From: Spirochaetota bacterium
GTDB lineage: Bacteria; Spirochaetota; GWE2-31-10; JAFGQB01
Direction: 5' to 3'
NCBI GenBank assembly: GCA_016935915.1
Contig: JAFGQB010000034.1
Location: 44,869 to 108,868 of the forward strand
DNA length: 64,000 nucleotides
Part shown: positions 10,729 through 20,475 of the stretch, in pieces
Numbering within the stretch: the stretch's first letter is position 1
Layout: each line of letters opens with the position of its first letter
Position numbers and translations under genes: made by a program
Notes under the pieces: model-generated
Databases searched by the model: none
What the model saw: only the letters and a program-made list of their open reading frames with translations
Told to the model about the DNA's origin: nothing

Positions 10729-12029
10729 TCCGATTTTAAATCTTTAACACAAACAAATTCTATACCAAGCTTCTCTTTGTTATTGTAATAATCCTTAAGA
10801 ACATATGCTAACTTTTCGGATTGTATGTGCCCTATACCTATCGCATATCCGTTTTTTTTCGCTTTATTCACCAATTTATCCATATAAAATCTTATTGTTT
10901 TTTCATCATCTTCATTATCAAGAAAAACATCTCTCTTATAATATTCCAAATCATGAATTTCAGCAATATCTTTTGATATGGAATTTAACGTTGTTTTTGA
11001 ATCCACCCAAAATAAATTCTTTTTTTTAATATTTCTAAAAATTATATTCATAATTCTTGGATCATTTACAGCTTTTGAACCCATATGATTGTTCAGTCCT
11101 ATAACATCTGGATAATTAATAAGATAGGTTTTAATTCTTTTCTCTATTTCATCATCCTTCATATCAGTAAAAATAGCATTCTTTTCAACATATTGTTTCC
11201 CTTTAAGGGGTTCCATAGGCAAATGAAGCAAAAGATCATACCCGAAATGTTTGAACAAATTATAAATCTTATTATTGCTTTCAGTTTCCGGAATATATGA
11301 AAATGTTACAGGAAATCCTAAGGTTAAAAATTCATATGTAGAATTATAACTGTAGCCAAGATCATCTATTATAATTGCAATCTTAGCTTTATTGTCAAAA
11401 TCATCTGATCTTTGAAATCTTGAATATTTAAATTTATTATTTTCAGGAAGTTTCAATTTATCTTTTTTAATTTTCATTTTTTTCTTTTCAATAATATCAT
11501 GATCATCATATTTATTATAACCTGCTTTTCTTTTCTGATTTAGCATCGCATTATAAAAATCAACACCAATTGATTCATCCCAATATATATAAAAAATTTT
11601 AATCTCTTTGAACAATTTATTATTCTTATAAAAAACAATCTCATTTATACCTTTATTTTCGTTATTTGCAATTTTATTAAATCTGAGATCAAGTCCAAAT
11701 TTATTTTTTATAACATTAATTACTTTATTTTGTTGTAACAAATCTGGTTTTTTTGATAATTTTAATATATAAAAATCTGCTTCATCATATATTACAGGCT
11801 TATAAAGATCTATAAGTTCTTCTTTAATCTTATTATTCAATGTATATGGAAAAATAAATACAGCATAAATTACGGTAAAAACAATCAAGAAAATTATAAT
11901 TAAAAAAGTCATATATCTTAAATAATTTGATTTTAATTTGAATTGATTTCTCCGTTTTCTTGTGTTTTTTCGGTGATTATTATCTTTTTTCCTTTTTTTT
12001 AAATTACTTCTTTTTTTTGCCATTGTCAC
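10725..12029 (-). CDS. Divergent polysaccharide deacetylase family protein (YibQ-like) with a basic N-terminus and one TM helix.
   Basis: 434 aa. YibQ-type motifs IAIIIDDLGYS and LLHLPMEP. Its stop overlaps the tsaD start by 4 nt, which suggests an operon. Confidence 0.6.
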   Translation of the reverse strand: MTMAKKRSNLKKRKKDNNHRKNTRKRRNQFKLKSNYLRYMTFLIIIFLIVFTVIYAVFIFPYTLNNKIKEELIDLYKPVIYDEADFYILKLSKKPDLLQQNKVINVIKNKFGLDLRFNKIANNENKGINEIVFYKNNKLFKEIKIFYIYWDESIGVDFYNAMLNQKRKAGYNKYDDHDIIEKKKMKIKKDKLKLPENNKFKYSRFQRSDDFDNKAKIAIIIDDLGYSYNSTYEFLTLGFPVTFSYIPETESNNKIYNLFKHFGYDLLLHLPMEPLKGKQYVEKNAIFTDMKDDEIEKRIKTYLINYPDVIGLNNHMGSKAVNDPRIMNIIFRNIKKKNLFWVDSKTTLNSISKDIAEIHDLEYYKRDVFLDNEDDEKTIRFYMDKLVNKAKKNGYAIGIGHIQSEKLAYVLKDYYNNKEKLGIEFVCVKDLKSE

Positions 12030-12275
12030 AATTAATTCTATCCTTTATAAAAATCATAAAAAATTTTTAAATAATAAAAAAGAATTTAATCTTTATTAAA
12101 TTTAAAATTATTTTTTAATAATATAATAAACAAATAAAATATAATTTTTTAAATTTTTTGTCAAAAATATTAAGATTTTTTTAAGATTAATAATATTACT
12201 TGACTATTTATGCAGTTTAAAATAAATTTAAATTAAATAAGATAATTTTTCTTATTTACAAAAATCTTATGAACT

Positions 12276-13952
12276 ATGAAATCAAAAATATTGCTGATAG
12301 ATGACAATTACAAAACAGCTAAAATTATAATTGACCTGTTAAACAATAGTAAAGATTTTGAACTTTTATTTTTTGAAAAAAATATTGATATAAATAATAT
12401 AAAAAATTCTATCGGTTTTAATAAATTCGATATAATAATAATCAACTTTAGATATATAAATTTCAATTATATAATTACAAATATCAAATTATATGAAAAT
12501 TTACCAATTATAATACTGCTTGAAAATGAAAATGATGCAAATATAACAAATGCTTATCAATCAGGCGGATGGGATTATATTTCAATTAAAAATTCAAAAA
12601 GTTTAATAACATATAAAATAAAACAGCTTTTAAAAATCAAAAATAAAATAGAAGATTTAAGTTTAAAAGAAGAAATATTAAAGGAATATGAGATAAAATT
12701 ATTAACAGAAAAAAAAATATTCACAGTCAGTCTTGATATACTGGCTCATGACACAAAAAATATTTTTTTTAATATTAAAACATTGTTAAATGAATGTCCA
12801 AATGATCCAATTAAATCTCTGCTTGAAGACTCTGTAAATGAACTTTTTGAAATTAATATGGAAGCTATCTCTTTTATACAAAATAAAAAGAGGATAAATT
12901 CTTTAGTTGATATAATACATAAAATAAGAGTTACCAAAGACAGAGTTTTTTTAACAGATTTTAAAAGAATAAAATTAACATGCGGCTCAAAATATTTGTA
13001 TTTTGTAGAGACTTCTCCCTTAATAAAAAATGCAATATCAAATCTTTTGGAAAATTCCATTAAATATTCACCTGTAGATTCGATAATAGAAATTAAACTT
13101 GAAAGAAATAATTATGAAATCTTAATAAATATAATCGATGAAGGTATTGGAATAAATGAAGATGATAAAAATAAAATATTTGAAGAATATTACAGAAGCA
13201 AAAAAAACTTGAAAGTAGACGGTATGGGGCTTGGTTTATTTATAACAAATAATATTGTCGAAAAAGAAGGGGGTAAATTACTGATCAATAATAATCCAAA
13301 CGGCGGCACGATTATGACAATATTATTACCTGTCTTTAAAATAAAATGTCTCAAAGATTCTTTAAATGATTTAAGCAAATGGTTTGAAGTTCCTTTAAAT
13401 AAAATAAAAGAAAAAGAAGAAAATATCAGAACAATCTTGACTATCAATGGCATGGACAAATACAATGACATTGATTCAATAATATTTGTCAACATTTTGG
13501 ATATTTTGAGAAAAGAAAGAATGGAAATTAATCAGATACATATCAAACAAAAATTGAAAACTCTTAAGAACAAAAATAAAAATTCAAAAAAAGTTTTAAT
13601 TATTGATGATTCTATTTATGTCCATTATTATTTGGCTGTCTTTTTTACAGAACTCGGTTTTGGAATTTCTGATTTTGCGTTCAACGGTAATGAAGGAATA
13701 GAATGTTATAAGAACAATAAAGCTGATATAATAACTATTGATTACACAATGCCTGAAGTTAACGGCGTTGATACTGCAAAAAAATTATTTAGCTTAAATA
13801 AAAATATTAAAATAATATTTATAACAGCAATGGGTGATTCAATTGTATTTTTAGAAAAATTGAACGGTTTAATTCCTGAAAATAATTACCAAATCTTAAC
13901 AAAACCAATAGTAAAAGAAAGTATAATAAAAGCTGTTGAAAATTTATTATGA
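12276..13952 (+). CDS. Hybrid sensor histidine kinase (REC-like N-terminus, HisKA-like segment, HATPase_c, C-terminal REC).
   Basis: 558 aa. N-terminal receiver-like segment (ILLIDDNYKTAKII, DIIIIN). LAHDTKN is a candidate phospho-His. ATPase G-boxes IIDEGIGINEDDKNKIFEEYYRS and GMGLGLFITNNIVEKEGGKL. C-terminal REC (VLIIDDS, IITIDYTMPEVNGVD, ILTKP). Confidence 0.75.
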   Translation: MKSKILLIDDNYKTAKIIIDLLNNSKDFELLFFEKNIDINNIKNSIGFNKFDIIIINFRYINFNYIITNIKLYENLPIIILLENENDANITNAYQSGGWDYISIKNSKSLITYKIKQLLKIKNKIEDLSLKEEILKEYEIKLLTEKKIFTVSLDILAHDTKNIFFNIKTLLNECPNDPIKSLLEDSVNELFEINMEAISFIQNKKRINSLVDIIHKIRVTKDRVFLTDFKRIKLTCGSKYLYFVETSPLIKNAISNLLENSIKYSPVDSIIEIKLERNNYEILINIIDEGIGINEDDKNKIFEEYYRSKKNLKVDGMGLGLFITNNIVEKEGGKLLINNNPNGGTIMTILLPVFKIKCLKDSLNDLSKWFEVPLNKIKEKEENIRTILTINGMDKYNDIDSIIFVNILDILRKERMEINQIHIKQKLKTLKNKNKNSKKVLIIDDSIYVHYYLAVFFTELGFGISDFAFNGNEGIECYKNNKADIITIDYTMPEVNGVDTAKKLFSLNKNIKIIFITAMGDSIVFLEKLNGLIPENNYQILTKPIVKESIIKAVENLL

Positions 13953-13985
13953 TATATAAAAATCATTTTTTAAAAAATAGATTGC

Positions 13986-13994
13986 TGGTATAAT
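13986..13994 (+). promoter_or_regulatory. Extended -10 element (TGgTATAAT) about 290 nt upstream of lon.
   Basis: Sequence tgctggtataat. No CIRCE-like inverted repeat was seen. Its role as a lon promoter with a long leader is speculative. Confidence 0.2.
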
Positions 13995-14286
13995 ATCTAT
14001 CTTTTAATAATAAAAATTTCAGCAAAAATAAAATAATTGTAAAGTATAATGACAATTATTTAAATTGTATGTATATGACTTAAAATTCATGAATTCTAAT
14101 TATAGATCCATAATGAGTCGGTAATTTTTGTCTTTTATTTATATAAAAGAATACAATTATTAATACTTTTAAAGAATATAAAGGATTAATTTTTTTGTAA
14201 TTAATTTTATATTACTTCATTCATTTATTAAATTAATTATAATATACAATGGGTAAAAATTTATTATTAAAATCCGGAGTTTAGAA

Positions 14287-16716
14287 ATGGATAAATTAAA
14301 GAAAAAAATCAAAAAAAACATTGACACAAATAATAATTCAGATAATGACAACAAAATAGTTCTTGCAGAAGAAATTTTTCCTGATAAATTAATAATTATT
14401 CCAATGTTCAATAGACCCTTATTTCCAGGTATGATGATACCATTGATTATTTCAGGTAAGGAAATTGTTAAAGCAATTGAAGAAGCAACAAAAGGAAACA
14501 ATAAACTAATTGGTACTGTACTGGCAAAAGAACAGGATGTAGAAAACAGAGATATTTCCAATCTGGAACTCTATGAATATGGTACAATTGCTAAAATTCA
14601 CAAAATTAATCAATTTGAAGAAAACGCTATCCAAATATTAATTCAAGGTATAAAACGATTTAAAAAAGTCAATGAAATTGAGCAGGAGCCGATAAAAAAA
14701 TGGAAAGTTGAGTACTTTGAAGATATTGCTGATGAAAACAGCGAAGAATTAAAAGCATATACTTTAGAAATTATATCCAGTGTTAAGGAATTATTAAAAT
14801 TAAACTCATTGTTTCATGAACAGTTAAGGATGCTTATGTCCAACATTTCCAGTGAAAAACCTGGTAAAGTACTGGATCTAATAGCTTCAATGACCACAGC
14901 CGAATCAGAACAACTACAGGAACTTATCGAAACGGTAAATCTTTTAAACAGGGCAAAAAAACTTCTTATAATATTAAAAAAAGAAATAGAAGTTTCAATA
15001 TTGCAGGATAAAATTAAAAAAAGCATTGATGAAAAAATTTCTCAACAGCAAAAGAAATTCTTTCTTCATGAACAGCTTAAATTAATAAAAAAAGAGCTTG
15101 GACTGGAAAAGGATGACAAATCTGCTGAAATTGAAAAATTTGAAAACAGAATTAAAAAAATAAAACTATCAGAAGAAGCGGAGAAAGTAGTTACTGACGA
15201 ACTCAATAAATTAAAGCTGTTAGAACAGGGATCAAGCGAATATCATATAGTAAGAACTTATCTGGACTGGATAACAGAACTTCCATGGGGTATTTTCAGT
15301 AAAGACCAGTTGAACATACAGAAGGCAAAAAAAATACTTGATAAAACACATTACGGTTTAAATGATATAAAAGAAAGAATACTGGAATTCATTAGTACGG
15401 CAAAAAAAAGAGGAAAATTATCTGGATCAATAATTTGTCTTGTTGGGCCTCCGGGTGTCGGCAAAACATCGATAGGAAAATCAATAGCAGATGCTTTGAA
15501 CAGAAAGTTTTTCAGATTTTCAGTGGGAGGCATGAGAGATGAGGCAGAAATAAAAGGACACAGAAGAACCTACATAGGCGCCATGCCAGGGAAGATAATC
15601 CAGAGCCTGAAAAAAATTCAAACCACCAATCCTGTTATCATGATAGACGAAATCGATAAAATTGGTGCTAGTTTCCATGGTGATCCAGCCAGTGCTTTGC
15701 TCGAAGTATTAGACCCTGAACAGAACAGGGATTTTTTGGACCACTATTTGGATATTCGGTATGATCTTTCTAATATATTATTTATTACAACAGCAAACCA
15801 GCTGGATACTATACCTCCGGCATTAATCGACCGAATGGAGATTATGCATCTTTCAGGTTATATACTTGAAGAAAAATTGCAGATAGCAAAAAAATTTTTA
15901 TTACCTGAACAGATCAATGAACATGGATTAAATAAAAATGATATTAGTTTAAGTGATAAAACGATTAAATTTATTATAGACAAATATGCTAGAGAAGCAG
16001 GAATCAGAAATCTGGAAAAACAGCTTAAAAAAATCATGAGAAAAACAACTTTTATGCATGCTGAAGGTAAAATAAAACCTGCAACAATAACTTTAAAAAA
16101 TATTGAAAAATATTTAGGAAAACCTATTTTTTCTGATGAAGAACTATATAATAAAGGTATACCGGGAGTAACTTTAGGACTGGCATGGACAAGTATGGGA
16201 GGAGCCACATTGTATATAGAAGCCTCCGGCAGTAAATCTAAAACAGGCGGTTTTAAACAGACTGGACAACTAGGCAAAGTAATGCTTGAATCTTCAGAAA
16301 TAGCCTATTCATACATCAAAGCAAAATTATGTAAAAATGACAGTGAAAAAGTCTGTTTTTTTGACGAAAACTTTATTCATCTTCATGTTCCTGCAGGAGC
16401 AACGCCAAAAGATGGGCCATCAGCAGGTATTACCATGGCATTGGCTTTATATTCTCTAGTAATGAATAAACCGGTCAGAAACGATATTGCCATGACAGGT
16501 GAAATTACACTGACAGGAAAAGTTCTGCCCATAGGCGGTGTCAAAGAAAAAACACTTGCCGCAAGAAGAGTTGGAATTTTTGAAATCATTCTTCCAAAGG
16601 ATAATAAAAGAGATTTCGATCTTTTGCCTGATCATTTAAAAAAGGGTATGATTGTTAATTATGTTGATTATTTTGATGATGTGCTCAAGGTAATATATAA
16701 CAAAAATAATATTTAA
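14287..16716 (+). CDS. lon: ATP-dependent protease La.
   Basis: 809 aa. Walker A GPPGVGKTS. Catalytic serine block PKDGPSAGITMA. Lys dyad region GGVKEKTLAARRVGI. Long N-terminal LON substrate-binding domain. Confidence 0.95.
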   Translation: MDKLKKKIKKNIDTNNNSDNDNKIVLAEEIFPDKLIIIPMFNRPLFPGMMIPLIISGKEIVKAIEEATKGNNKLIGTVLAKEQDVENRDISNLELYEYGTIAKIHKINQFEENAIQILIQGIKRFKKVNEIEQEPIKKWKVEYFEDIADENSEELKAYTLEIISSVKELLKLNSLFHEQLRMLMSNISSEKPGKVLDLIASMTTAESEQLQELIETVNLLNRAKKLLIILKKEIEVSILQDKIKKSIDEKISQQQKKFFLHEQLKLIKKELGLEKDDKSAEIEKFENRIKKIKLSEEAEKVVTDELNKLKLLEQGSSEYHIVRTYLDWITELPWGIFSKDQLNIQKAKKILDKTHYGLNDIKERILEFISTAKKRGKLSGSIICLVGPPGVGKTSIGKSIADALNRKFFRFSVGGMRDEAEIKGHRRTYIGAMPGKIIQSLKKIQTTNPVIMIDEIDKIGASFHGDPASALLEVLDPEQNRDFLDHYLDIRYDLSNILFITTANQLDTIPPALIDRMEIMHLSGYILEEKLQIAKKFLLPEQINEHGLNKNDISLSDKTIKFIIDKYAREAGIRNLEKQLKKIMRKTTFMHAEGKIKPATITLKNIEKYLGKPIFSDEELYNKGIPGVTLGLAWTSMGGATLYIEASGSKSKTGGFKQTGQLGKVMLESSEIAYSYIKAKLCKNDSEKVCFFDENFIHLHVPAGATPKDGPSAGITMALALYSLVMNKPVRNDIAMTGEITLTGKVLPIGGVKEKTLAARRVGIFEIILPKDNKRDFDLLPDHLKKGMIVNYVDYFDDVLKVIYNKNNI

Positions 16717-16726
16717 TAATTTTTTT

Positions 16727-18184
16727 TTAATTAAATAAGACCATATTACCACCGTTATTTTCTGCATTATTAAAATTAGCTTCAGCTTCTTTTATTAAAG
16801 TAACCGCATGAATATTTCTTTTATTTTTAAATGATACTCCGCATGAATAAGTGATTGCAATATTCCCATATTCATTATCGATATTAAAGTTCTGGTTTTC
16901 AATATTTGAAATAAAATCTTTTATCTGTGATATCATGACTTCTTTTTTTTCACATTCTCCAAAAAAAATATAGAACAGGTCATTTATTTGTGCAAAATTT
17001 ATATCATTGAATTTTGAATTTATTAATTCTTTTAACTTTTTATTTAATTTTTCTTTCTGATTTACTTTTAAATTATTTATTATTTTCTCCCTGTTATCTG
17101 CTTTTATTACGCTAAAAAACACTTCATTGTTATTATCTTTTTCCATCATCTGGTTTACAATATTGACAACTTTTTCTGCCTCATTTTCAAAAATAAATAT
17201 ATTTTTTGCTTTATCTGAAAATATGAATTTTAATAAATATATTATATCAGCAATATTTAAATCTGCATCTTTTGTCCAGTTAAAATATAAAAAACCAAAA
17301 ATATTATTTTTGTTATATGGATATAAAGGGATATAAATATCCCCTTTGCAGCTTGAATTTTCTGCTATTTTTAAATATGACTCCTTTAAAGTTTCATTAT
17401 TATAAATGTCAAAAAATATATTGTTTTGAAAAATATAAAAATTAGAATTATTCCATTGAAAATAGTTTTGTGCAATCTGTAAACATTCCTTTAAATAATC
17501 AATTGGTTTAATAGTTAAACTGATAAGATTATAGATTTTTACAAAAGGAAAATTATTTTTAAAATTATTAGAAATTTTAAAATTTTTTGACCACAGATTT
17601 TTATAATCATTTAAAAGTTCATTTTGGCTTTTATTACTTATTTCAATAAAGTTTCCTCCACTTTCATTAAACTGATAAGATGTTTTTTCCGGATTAATTA
17701 ATAGTTCAAATATCATTATTAAAATAATATATCCTGCAATTATATATAATAATAATAAAATAATATTTTTAACTATAAAATTATAATTAAATCTATTACT
17801 CCATATCAAATAGTTGTATCCATCTCTTCTTATATCAATCATAAGCTGTTTTGTTATAATTTTAAATGAAGAAGGTATTTTCGGAATGTCTTTTGACTCT
17901 TTTAAAATGTTTGGTCTGATAATTTTTTTATCAACGATGATTGGAATCCATTGACTTCTTTGACTTTTCATCCATAAGGTTATAATAGTATTTCCAGGAA
18001 TTTTAATTTTTTCAATTTCATCTATTTTATTGTTCATAATATTGTAATGAACTTCATTAATGATTTTATTTAAAGTTTTATTATATTTGTCTTCTATTTT
18101 AGAATAATAAATTAAATACACTAAACCTATGATAAAAAACATAATTATTGTAACCAATAATTTTAAAATAACTTTTGTTGACAT
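16727..18184 (-). CDS. Two-TM membrane sensor with a periplasmic segment of about 130 aa and a cytoplasmic degenerate GGDEF-like domain.
   Basis: 485 aa. The C-terminus ITYSCGVSF...LIKEAEANFNNAENNGGNMV matches the SIGVA...ADxALYxAKxxGRNxV end of GGDEF domains. The signature-motif position reads FFGEC rather than GG(D/E)EF. Confidence 0.45.
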   Translation of the reverse strand: MSTKVILKLLVTIIMFFIIGLVYLIYYSKIEDKYNKTLNKIINEVHYNIMNNKIDEIEKIKIPGNTIITLWMKSQRSQWIPIIVDKKIIRPNILKESKDIPKIPSSFKIITKQLMIDIRRDGYNYLIWSNRFNYNFIVKNIILLLLYIIAGYIILIMIFELLINPEKTSYQFNESGGNFIEISNKSQNELLNDYKNLWSKNFKISNNFKNNFPFVKIYNLISLTIKPIDYLKECLQIAQNYFQWNNSNFYIFQNNIFFDIYNNETLKESYLKIAENSSCKGDIYIPLYPYNKNNIFGFLYFNWTKDADLNIADIIYLLKFIFSDKAKNIFIFENEAEKVVNIVNQMMEKDNNNEVFFSVIKADNREKIINNLKVNQKEKLNKKLKELINSKFNDINFAQINDLFYIFFGECEKKEVMISQIKDFISNIENQNFNIDNEYGNIAITYSCGVSFKNKRNIHAVTLIKEAEANFNNAENNGGNMVLFN

Positions 18185-18204
18185 TATATTCCTCTTTATA
18201 TTAA

Positions 18205-19413
18205 TTATTTGATCTCTTTAAAATCCTTTATTACATCTGATAATTTCAATTTTATATTATTGTCTCTTATTTCATTAATTTTCCTCATTTTTGCAGGAAG
18301 CCATCTATTGTTATAATCATTTGCCAATATAAATATATCATCATCTTCCAAATGTTTCCTTATTTTGACATTATATACATAATTTATTTTCTCAAATCCC
18401 ATTCTCATAACGAAAACAGGATCCGCTATTGATGATTTAAATATTTTTGTATAAATAATAATTATTGAAAAGAGAACAACTATTATCAGGCTGAACATTA
18501 TTAAATTATTAAATGCTTCTAATTTTTTTGTCTGAAACCTTGAATAATAAATTGAAATAATCTGACTAACAGGAAGATCATAATCATATTTAATAACATA
18601 ATCAGAATCATTCATTGAATTATATTTCATATATTTTTTTTTGCTTTCATTTGCTTCATAAACAGGTATTCCATTTATCAAAATTTTAATAATGCTATCA
18701 TTATTTTTTAACATATTATTTAAAATTGCACTGAAATTTATTTCATTATTATAATTATAGTTATTTACAATCATCCTATTTAAAGTCAATTCATTATCTA
18801 GAATCTTGTTATTTTGCTTAGGTAAAAGACCATACTCTTGAAAAACATTCAATATTAAAAAAAACAGGATGATACTGGTTACTACAATTGTTGAAATTAC
18901 AGCAATCTGACGTTGAACTGTATCAGAAACAAAACTTTTTATTTTCCCAAAAATTTTTAAAACTCTTGCAAATCTTAAAATCCTGATAATCCTTACAGCT
19001 TTGATAAATTTAAACAATGTCATATCAACTGCCAAAAAAGACCAAAAAACTTTAGTATATTCAATAAAAACAGAATATAGATTAAAACCTTTTATTTGAA
19101 GTAAAAATTCCGGCAGCGAAATTAATAATAGCAGAGGGATTGAAGATATAAAATCAATCCAGCCGTTTTCGCAAAAAAAATAAAAAAAACCTTTTCCTTT
19201 GGTTATTCTGTCTATAAATCTTGTTAAAAATTCAAAAGTAAAAAACAAATCAAAAAAAACAGCTGATAATTTTATTTTATCAACCAAATCCAATGACCAA
19301 CCTTTATATACAGAAAAATCTTCCAAAAATGTTTGTATAATTACAAGTAAAATCATAAAAAGAACAGATAATTCGATAAATAAATAAAAAAAATTGCTTC
19401 TATTCTCTTCCAT
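18205..19413 (-). CDS. Voltage-sensor-domain (ion transport family) membrane protein with no recognisable pore signature.
   Basis: 402 aa. Four N-terminal TM helices. The fourth, AVRIIRILRFARVLKIFGK, has a basic residue at every third position, the classic S4 pattern. An S5-like helix follows, then a hydrophilic segment of about 110 aa, a final TM helix and a tail of about 60 aa. No GYG, TxxTxG or TLESW filter is present. Confidence 0.55.
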   Translation of the reverse strand: MEENRSNFFYLFIELSVLFMILLVIIQTFLEDFSVYKGWSLDLVDKIKLSAVFFDLFFTFEFLTRFIDRITKGKGFFYFFCENGWIDFISSIPLLLLISLPEFLLQIKGFNLYSVFIEYTKVFWSFLAVDMTLFKFIKAVRIIRILRFARVLKIFGKIKSFVSDTVQRQIAVISTIVVTSIILFFLILNVFQEYGLLPKQNNKILDNELTLNRMIVNNYNYNNEINFSAILNNMLKNNDSIIKILINGIPVYEANESKKKYMKYNSMNDSDYVIKYDYDLPVSQIISIYYSRFQTKKLEAFNNLIMFSLIIVVLFSIIIIYTKIFKSSIADPVFVMRMGFEKINYVYNVKIRKHLEDDDIFILANDYNNRWLPAKMRKINEIRDNNIKLKLSDVIKDFKEIK

Positions 19414-19430
19414 TTTATCTTAATCCTTTA

Positions 19431-20387
19431 TCACCATTTATTTTTACAAGTAATACTATATAATTCATCAACCATATCAATATCCAAACCAAAATGTTTA
19501 TAATTTTTTTTCTCAAGATTTAACCAGCTTTTGAAATAGCTGTCTGCTCCATTATCCTTTTTTTTCTTTGGATTATAATTGAAAGCCATAGTAAATAATA
19601 TTCTTGCTAATCTGGCCGTGCCATAAATTGTTCTATTATTATTAAAATTAATATGAAATCCAACTGACCTTTTTACAAGCTCATCAGGAAATATCGAGAA
19701 ATTCCTGATATGTTTCCTAATTATGTTTTCATAATACTCTTTCTGCAGAGAATCATTAACAGTAATTTGTTTCATTGATTTTATTTTTTCCAACAGATTA
19801 AAATTAAACGATTCATCTTTAATATAACCTATAATTGCCAATAATATTATTATTTTAATATAATTACATATCATGTTTGGCTCCATGTCTAGTTTTTCAG
19901 TAATTAATAGTTCATTTGATATATAGGTTTTTCTTTTAAATATCTCATAACAATATTCATCTATTATATTATAATCAAGCAATATCAAAAAAACTTCTAA
20001 ATTAACTCTGAATTCATGATAGATTAAATTCTCTTCAATTAATTTTAATATCTCTTTTTGATATAAATCATGAAGATAATCTCTCATTAACAAATTATTT
20101 AAAAATTTAAAATCAACTTTTTCTTTAATAACATCAGTTATATGATTTATTAATAATTTATTAATTTCATTTAAAAGTTTTTTATAAAACAAACTTTCTA
20201 TCTGATCCCTGTTTAATGTTGAAAAATAATCATTAGAAGTTATTGTAACTTGTAATGCTTTGAAATTTTGAATAAAAAATTGTATTATATTTCCTTCTAT
20301 TGACAAAGGAGTATAATCCTTAAAGCAAGGATTATTGATCAATCGGATAATAAAATTTTGCATCATTTCTTCAGTTTCAGTTTTCAT
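19431..20387 (-). CDS. Hypothetical protein, first gene of the operon with the voltage-sensor and GGDEF-like proteins.
   Basis: 318 aa. No motif recognised. An 18-nt gap separates it from the next gene. Coding-like composition. Confidence 0.5.
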   Translation of the reverse strand: MKTETEEMMQNFIIRLINNPCFKDYTPLSIEGNIIQFFIQNFKALQVTITSNDYFSTLNRDQIESLFYKKLLNEINKLLINHITDVIKEKVDFKFLNNLLMRDYLHDLYQKEILKLIEENLIYHEFRVNLEVFLILLDYNIIDEYCYEIFKRKTYISNELLITEKLDMEPNMICNYIKIIILLAIIGYIKDESFNFNLLEKIKSMKQITVNDSLQKEYYENIIRKHIRNFSIFPDELVKRSVGFHINFNNNRTIYGTARLARILFTMAFNYNPKKKKDNGADSYFKSWLNLEKKNYKHFGLDIDMVDELYSITCKNKW

Positions 20388-20475
20388 AAAAACCCTAAAT
20401 CAAGTTAAACAAATTTAATTAAAATTATTTAACTTTTATTTATATAATTATGATATATAATTATAAATAATTATT

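Noticed and set aside
13953-14286. CIRCE or HrcA operator upstream of lon.
   Set aside because: No TTAGCACTC-N9-GAGTGCTAA-like inverted repeat is present. Only an extended -10-like TGgTATAAT was seen.
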